Positions 58,187 to 64,000 of a stretch of DNA of 64,000 nt are shown here, piece after piece (position 1 is the first letter of the stretch; every line of letters starts with the position of its first letter). The DNA is from Candidatus Latescibacterota bacterium. GTDB lineage: Bacteria > Latescibacterota > UBA2968 > GCA-2709665. Both the position numbers and the translations under genes were made by a program. Location of the stretch: NCBI GenBank assembly GCA_965237675.1, contig OZ250150.1:1120001-1184000 (forward strand), in the 5' to 3' direction. The notes below the pieces were generated by a model. It did not search any database. It saw only the letters and a list, made by a program, of their open reading frames with translations, and was not told where the DNA came from.

Positions 58187-60043
58187 ATGCGAAACTTTGA
58201 TGGCATAACCCTGCTGGTCGCGTTTGTCTTCGCGACGGCGCCGGTTCACGCGCAGGAAAAAGCAACAGTGAACACGGCCTGGCCGGTGGACGGGGCGCGG
58301 CCGGGTGACCTCGTTGCGCTGGCCATCGTGGTGGAGATCGACGACGGATTTCATATCAATCCGGATCCGGCGCAGGTGGTGATCGTCGGCGACTTTGAAC
58401 CCTATCCGACGGACGTACGTATTCTTGAGGCGGCGAGTGGGCTGACGTTGGAAGCCGTTCGTTTCCCGAAACCGCATCCGATACAGGCCGATTACGCGGA
58501 CGGCGATCTGATGGTGTTCGAGGGCCGAACGGTGTTTTACCTGCCGATTAAGGTGGGCGAAGCGTTACAACCCGGATCCCAGCGGCTTGAACTGGAGGTG
58601 GAATACCAGGCTTGCGATGCGTTCACGTGTTTCATACCCAGAACGGTCGTGCTGGAGACGTCGCTGGCGATCGTGGACGCCAACCAACCGATAAACCGGA
58701 TAAATTCCGAGTTATTCGAAGGGTACGGTACGGCAGGCGCCGTTTCCGAGGGAAACGGGGTGCGCTTCGATCTGTTCGGCTGGACATTCTTCGTCGATAC
58801 GTCATCCGCGGTGGGATTGATCCTGCTTCTGGTCGTGGCTGCCGTCGGCGGCGGGTTGTTGAATCTGACGCCCTGCGTGCTTCCGGTGATACCCATCAAG
58901 ATTATCGGGCTGGCGCAGGCGTCGGAGAACCAGACGCGACGTCTTCTACTGGGCGCCGCGATGTCGCTCGGGGTGGTGGCTTTCTGGCTGGCGCTGGGGA
59001 CGATGATTGCGGGCATCAGCGGGTTTACAGCCACCAATCAGCTTTTTCAATATCCTACATTTACGATCCTGGTTGGGCTGGTCATCGCCGTCATGGCGGT
59101 TGGCATGTGCGGTCTGTTTTACATCCGATTGCCGCAGACCGTGTACCGATTCAATCCCGGGCAGGACAGCCTCACGGGTTCCTTCGGCTTCGGTATCATG
59201 ACGGCAGTGCTTTCCACGCCTTGCACGGCGCCCTTTATGGGGGCTGCCGCGGCGTGGGCGGCCACACAGTATCCGGCGACGACGCTGCTGACCTTTGCCT
59301 CGATCGGCGCCGGGATGGCCGCGCCCTACCTGGCGTTGTCGATCTTTCCGGCGCTCGCAAACCGGATGCCCCGTACGGGCCCGGCCAGCGAGTTGATCAA
59401 GCAGGTAATGGGACTGTTGATGCTGGCGGCGGCGGCCTATTTTGTGGGCGTCGGGCTGAGCGCGTTTGTCGTCACACCGCCAGACCCGCCGGGCAAGGAT
59501 TACTGGTGGGTTGTCATGGCTTTCGGCGCTGCTGCGGGATTCTGGCTGGTTTACGGAACCGTACGCATAACCGCGCGTTGGGGACGCCGCGCGGTTTTTG
59601 GCTGTCTCGGCGCGGCGCTTGTCGTTTTTTCCGCAGTCGGCGCCGTCCGGTTTACGGACAAAGGGCCGATCAATTGGATCTACTACACGCCCGCGCGGTT
59701 GGAAGAGGCACTTGAGGAGGGCCAGGTTGTGGTGATGGATTTTACCGCGGAGTGGTGTCTCAACTGCAAAGTACTGGAACACAACGTGCTGCAAAGTCCG
59801 GAAGTCGTGAAATTGTTGGCGCGGCCCGACGTGGCTGCAGTCAAGGTGGACATAACAGGCAATAACCCGCTTGGCAAGGAAAAGCTGCGAAAAACCGGCC
59901 GGTTGACCATCCCGCTGCTGGTGATCTATGCGCCCGACGGACGGGAGGTGTTCAAAAGCGATTTTTACACGGTTGAGCAAGTGGTAACGGCGGTGAATAG
60001 AGCCCGGAGAATGCTTGGATTCGGGATTCGGGCAACTCAGTGA
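58187..60043 (+). CDS. dsbD: DsbD family thiol:disulfide interchange protein
   Basis: YQACDAFTC N-terminal domain; LTPCVLP and STPCTAP TM cysteines; FTAEWCLNC thioredoxin domain. Confidence 0.9.
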   Translation: MRNFDGITLLVAFVFATAPVHAQEKATVNTAWPVDGARPGDLVALAIVVEIDDGFHINPDPAQVVIVGDFEPYPTDVRILEAASGLTLEAVRFPKPHPIQADYADGDLMVFEGRTVFYLPIKVGEALQPGSQRLELEVEYQACDAFTCFIPRTVVLETSLAIVDANQPINRINSELFEGYGTAGAVSEGNGVRFDLFGWTFFVDTSSAVGLILLLVVAAVGGGLLNLTPCVLPVIPIKIIGLAQASENQTRRLLLGAAMSLGVVAFWLALGTMIAGISGFTATNQLFQYPTFTILVGLVIAVMAVGMCGLFYIRLPQTVYRFNPGQDSLTGSFGFGIMTAVLSTPCTAPFMGAAAAWAATQYPATTLLTFASIGAGMAAPYLALSIFPALANRMPRTGPASELIKQVMGLLMLAAAAYFVGVGLSAFVVTPPDPPGKDYWWVVMAFGAAAGFWLVYGTVRITARWGRRAVFGCLGAALVVFSAVGAVRFTDKGPINWIYYTPARLEEALEEGQVVVMDFTAEWCLNCKVLEHNVLQSPEVVKLLARPDVAAVKVDITGNNPLGKEKLRKTGRLTIPLLVIYAPDGREVFKSDFYTVEQVVTAVNRARRMLGFGIRATQ

Positions 60044-60069
60044 AGACCGGCGCAAGAGGAGGTTGAACG

Positions 60070-61503
60070 ATGGCCGCGACAAATCATCTTCTGACGGATG
60101 CGCAGATCCAGCGGTTTATTCTGGATGGCTACATTACGGTACAGACGGATGCAATCCCCGAGATACACGGCAAGATCTACGATGAAATCGAAACCGTATT
60201 CGAAAAAGAAGGCAATGTCGGCAACAATATTCTACCCCGCGTGCCCCGGATTCAGCAGGTGTTCGACCAGCCGGTGGTGCGGGGAGCGTTAACGAGCCTG
60301 CTCGGACCCGATTATATCCTGAATCCGCATCGGCACTGCCATCTGAATCCGCCGGGTAGCAGGGGGCAGAGTTGGCACAAGGACTGTTATGTCTTCGACC
60401 ACAATATTCGACATCCGCGCTTTCAGTGGCTGCTGGCGTTTTATTACCCACAGGATACCACGCGGGACATGGGGCCTTCGGGGGTGATTCCGGGCAAACA
60501 GAACTATAAGACCATTTCGAATGCCAATCCGGAAGATACACTTGAGCCGGGGTATCCCATTTGCGGTGATGCCGGTATCGTTACATTGATGCATTTCGAC
60601 TCGTGGCACCGGGCAAACCCCAACGTCAGCGATAAAAAAAGATACATGCTGAAATTTCAGTTTACGCGTTTGCGGGAGCCGCGGGCGCCAGCGTGGGACC
60701 ATCAGGAGGAATCCTGGATGCCCGCTGAAGAAGACGTCAATCCCGCCATTTCCCTGGATGTGTGGCGCTGGCTGCAAGGAAAGGCGGTCAACGGACGTTC
60801 AAAATCGATCGCGGGTGCGGAGGAGGAGGCGCTGTCCGACGAGGACGAGTGCGTGCGCGTAAACGCGGCCTATTCACTTGCGGAAGATGAAACGGCGATA
60901 CCACTCCTGGTAGATGCGATGCGCAAGGAGACGCTGGCTGCCATCGAGGAAACGACGGCAAAAACGGCGGACAACGCACATGGGACCAATCCAACCGCCG
61001 GTGCGGCCGCGCGGGCGTTGTCAACGATGGGAGAAACGGCGGTTCCCGCGTTGCTGGAGGCGCTCCAGGACGATCACTGGTGGATTCGTGCCATGGCAGC
61101 CGATGTGCTTGCCCGGATGGGCACGGCAGCGGATGCGGCGGTGCCCGACCTGGTCAGCAGGGTTTCCGACGATCACTGGTGGGTCCGGCGCAATGCTCTG
61201 GAGGCGCTCCGTTCAATGGGGGAAATTTCCGAGGATACCATGCCCACCGTGGTCCGGGCCGTGAAGGATCCGGACTACCGCGTGCGCCGCAACGCGGCGT
61301 TGGTGCTTTGCAACGTGGGAGAGGCGGGGGATCCGGCGGTGAATAACCTGATTGACATTCTGCACGATGAGAATCGCTACAACCGGTTTTATGCGGCGCT
61401 GGCCCTTAGACGCATTGGAACGCCCAGAGCCCGGAACGCGTTGCTGGACGCGCTGTTTACCGCACGGTGGTGTGCGGTGACGACGGCGGACGATCTGTAT
61501 TGA
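60070..61503 (+). CDS. PhyH family dioxygenase fused to HEAT repeats
   Basis: WHKD...WHRA facial triad followed by HEAT repeats (D..WWVRRNA.EAL). Confidence 0.88.
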   Translation: MAATNHLLTDAQIQRFILDGYITVQTDAIPEIHGKIYDEIETVFEKEGNVGNNILPRVPRIQQVFDQPVVRGALTSLLGPDYILNPHRHCHLNPPGSRGQSWHKDCYVFDHNIRHPRFQWLLAFYYPQDTTRDMGPSGVIPGKQNYKTISNANPEDTLEPGYPICGDAGIVTLMHFDSWHRANPNVSDKKRYMLKFQFTRLREPRAPAWDHQEESWMPAEEDVNPAISLDVWRWLQGKAVNGRSKSIAGAEEEALSDEDECVRVNAAYSLAEDETAIPLLVDAMRKETLAAIEETTAKTADNAHGTNPTAGAAARALSTMGETAVPALLEALQDDHWWIRAMAADVLARMGTAADAAVPDLVSRVSDDHWWVRRNALEALRSMGEISEDTMPTVVRAVKDPDYRVRRNAALVLCNVGEAGDPAVNNLIDILHDENRYNRFYAALALRRIGTPRARNALLDALFTARWCAVTTADDLY

Positions 61504-61589
61504 GTACTGTAAACGATATGGGACGGATTTGAGGCGTTCGAGCCGGTGCCCGTGTGCCGCTGTCGAGTCAAAAAACCGTAAGCGGTCGT

Positions 61590-63422
61590 TCAAATGATAC
61601 CATGAAGGGGGCCGTCGCGCTCACCCAGACGATCGACTCGCCGCGTGATTCGCGGGTCTTCAACCAGAGGCGGGGCATGGTGGGGCTTCAGGCGGGCGTC
61701 GATGATCAACGGTCCGTGACAGCCCCAGTGTTTGTTTTCGACAGAACTCCGGACACCATGGATGTCGTGGGAGGGGTTTGATCGCGTAAAGGCAACCCAT
61801 AGGAAATTGTTCAGCGTGCGCGCGGTGAAGTCGGCGTCGTCGACAAGCAGGATCAATGGAAAGCCCTGAGCCCGATCCGTGGATTCCAGGGCGGCAGCCA
61901 GCCGTTGCGCCGCTTCCGCGCCGGCAGGGGTTTCAAAGGGCGGCGCTTCAACGGCCAGGATCCCTGCAAGCGCAACGCTTGGATTCTTTAACTCGTCGGG
62001 CAGGACCAGATTGCGTGGAATCTCGGTGGGCAGATCCCGCCTTTTTGCGCCCGCCGCGGCGATCACGACCTTGGAACCCTCGTTCAGGCCGGTGCCGGAA
62101 TAGTCCAGGGTATCGATGGTTGTGCGCGTCTGAAAGTGGAGGTCGCGGGTCCAGTCCACGCGTTCGAGCAGATGGCGGAGAAAGTCGGCGATGTTGTGAA
62201 TGTCCAGATTCGGATTGTCTTCGCCGGCGACGATCAATAGATATTTGGCCAGCGAGCACGCACCGAATCCCAGCAGGGCGTTGGCTATGGTGAGAATCTC
62301 CTGCGGTTGCCGTTCGCGATAAGGCACGTAACGCTCGCTGCCGATGGCCAGGAGCAGGGGGTGGACGCCGGCGGCGTCGACGGCGTTGATGGCCTTGAGG
62401 CCGGGAAGTTCAACAGGGACCATTGGGCCCGTCAATTCGTGAATGAGTTCGCCAAAGGCGGTGTCTTCCTGCGGCGGGCGGCCGACAACGGTGAAGGGCC
62501 AGACCGCACCCTCGCGGTGATAGACGGTATCGACGTTCAGCACGGGAAATTCGTGTGCCAGGCTGTAATATCCCAGGTGGTCGCCAAACGGGCCTTCGGG
62601 CAGGGTCTGGCCTGGATTGACGGTGCCCGTAATGCAAAAGTCGGCTTCGGCGGATATGGTGAAGCCGTTTTTTTGTACATATCGGAAGCGGCGGCCGGCC
62701 AGCCCTCCAGCGAAAGCGACTTCGGGCAGGCCTTCGGGAAGGGGCATCACCGCGGCGAACGTGTGGGCGGGCGGCCCGCCGACAAAGACGCTGACCCGAA
62801 GCGGCTCGCCTATTGCGATGGCGTTTGTATGGTGGATGCCGATGTCCCGCCGGATCTGGTAATGCAGCCCAACCTCTCTGTCGGGTTCGTATTGGTTGCC
62901 CGACAGCTGAATGCGGTACATCCCCAGGTTGGATTTGAGGATTCCGGAATTCAGAGGATCTTCGGTGTAGACCTGGGGGAGCAGGATGAAGGCGCCGCCG
63001 TCGTCCGGCCAGCACCTGATCTGCGGAAGTCGGCCGATCGTGGTTGTATGTTTAAGGACGGGACCGGACCGAACCCTTCGGGGCGGGATATTCAAGGCGA
63101 TGCTGGCGATGCCCGCGGCTTTCCAGGGCGCTTTCAGATAGGCGGGCGGATCGGCCTTGATTTCGATAAGACGCCTGACCCACTTGAGCGTGGAGCGGAA
63201 GATGAAGCGGGAACGTTCAAGGGTGCCATAGAGGTTTGACACGGCCGGAAAGGCGCTGCCTTTCACGTTTTCAAAAAAGAGGGCGGGGCCTCCGGATCGA
63301 TTCACGCGGCGGTGAATTTCGGCCATTTCGAGGTCCGGATCGACTTCATTGCTGATTCGGACGAGGTGACCGTTTTTTTCCAGGTCCCGGACGCAGTGGA
63401 GCATGCTTCTGTAACGCATCAT
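61590..63422 (-). CDS. UbiD family decarboxylase (long form)
   Basis: EVDPDLEMAEI, NLGMYRIQ, PEGPFGDHLGYY, GRPPQED and DTLDYSG motifs. Confidence 0.92.
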   Translation of the reverse strand: MMRYRSMLHCVRDLEKNGHLVRISNEVDPDLEMAEIHRRVNRSGGPALFFENVKGSAFPAVSNLYGTLERSRFIFRSTLKWVRRLIEIKADPPAYLKAPWKAAGIASIALNIPPRRVRSGPVLKHTTTIGRLPQIRCWPDDGGAFILLPQVYTEDPLNSGILKSNLGMYRIQLSGNQYEPDREVGLHYQIRRDIGIHHTNAIAIGEPLRVSVFVGGPPAHTFAAVMPLPEGLPEVAFAGGLAGRRFRYVQKNGFTISAEADFCITGTVNPGQTLPEGPFGDHLGYYSLAHEFPVLNVDTVYHREGAVWPFTVVGRPPQEDTAFGELIHELTGPMVPVELPGLKAINAVDAAGVHPLLLAIGSERYVPYRERQPQEILTIANALLGFGACSLAKYLLIVAGEDNPNLDIHNIADFLRHLLERVDWTRDLHFQTRTTIDTLDYSGTGLNEGSKVVIAAAGAKRRDLPTEIPRNLVLPDELKNPSVALAGILAVEAPPFETPAGAEAAQRLAAALESTDRAQGFPLILLVDDADFTARTLNNFLWVAFTRSNPSHDIHGVRSSVENKHWGCHGPLIIDARLKPHHAPPLVEDPRITRRVDRLGERDGPLHGII

Positions 63423-63668
63423 ATCCTCGACCGAAGCGAATTAATGGATGGATCGTCTTTGGATCCGGCAACTCGCGACACACAAATATGACAAACGACC
63501 CGGGGCGCCTCCAGGCGGCTGAGCCTGTCGAAGCCGCGGCAGGCGCCAGAGCGTTAACTCCCCCGTAATTTGTTAACGTCGGATGCAGTTGCCTTTGCGG
63601 ACCAATAGGCGCTGTTTTTAGGTAATGAATCCAAACAGTGCTGTCAACACAAAGGTAAGGAGAGACAG

Positions 63669-64000
63669 GTGGATATCTCAAAACGAAAAATCTGCTCGTC
63701 GGCCGCGTACGGGTTCGAGACAAGCAATCGGTTTCGAATCCCGACACGTGACGGGATCTCGCTGGGCGCGACGATTACCCGGCCGTTGGCCAAAGATGCG
63801 TTTCCGGCACTGGTGTGGTACGATCCGTATCGCAGTGGATCGGACGGAACCGCCTTGCCCATGGCCCGTTATTTTGCCGAGCGGGGGTATGTATTTGTCT
63901 ATCTGAATGCGCGAGGGACGGGCAATTCGGAGGGGGTGAGCAGGGATGAGTACATGGCGGAGGAAACGCGGGACGGATACGATGCCATTGCATGGCTGGC
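63669..64000 (+). CDS. CocE/NonD family hydrolase, 5' part (runs off window end)
   Basis: AAGGAG RBS and GTG start; manual translation gives IPTRDGISL...YDPYR...FAERGYVFVYLNARGTGNSEG...DGYDAIAWL. Confidence 0.85.
   Translation, partial: MDISKRKICSSAAYGFETSNRFRIPTRDGISLGATITRPLAKDAFPALVWYDPYRSGSDGTALPMARYFAERGYVFVYLNARGTGNSEGVSRDEYMAEETRDGYDAIAWL

Overview
GC-rich bacterial chromosomal window. The FlgD-Ig/T9SS-like C-terminal domain, sulfatase, PhyH, FG-GAP and HEAT proteins suggest an FCB-group organism, but this is inference only. Most of the window is housekeeping or metabolic: tmRNA, ilvD, glpK, lpxH-like, msrA, gltA, polA, a TRAP transporter, DsbD and UbiD. Intergenic regions carry many palindromic repeats. 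The standout is a visibly more A/T-rich, translationally coupled minus-strand operon at about 37.4-44.4 kb: XRE-HTH regulator -> Cas4-like PD-(D/E)XK nuclease -> long prokaryotic Argonaute -> 121-aa unknown protein -> HExxH zinc metallopeptidase-like protein, possibly followed by a GIY-YIG/DUF123 nuclease. The Argonaute has an intact DEDD tetrad and a non-canonical MID pocket and resembles, from memory, PliAgo-type DNA-guided RNA-targeting pAgos. An IS1380-family element (41430-43117) splits the cas4-like gene. Removing it restores an in-frame 313-aa protein with the C-terminal CxxC-x5-C motif and moves the true pAgo start to 41344. I propose this as a candidate Argonaute-Cas4-protease defence system. 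A degraded tandem-ATPase/TPR pair, toxin-antitoxin genes and a dispersed structured repeat family are also present. All family assignments come from motif recognition; no searches were run.
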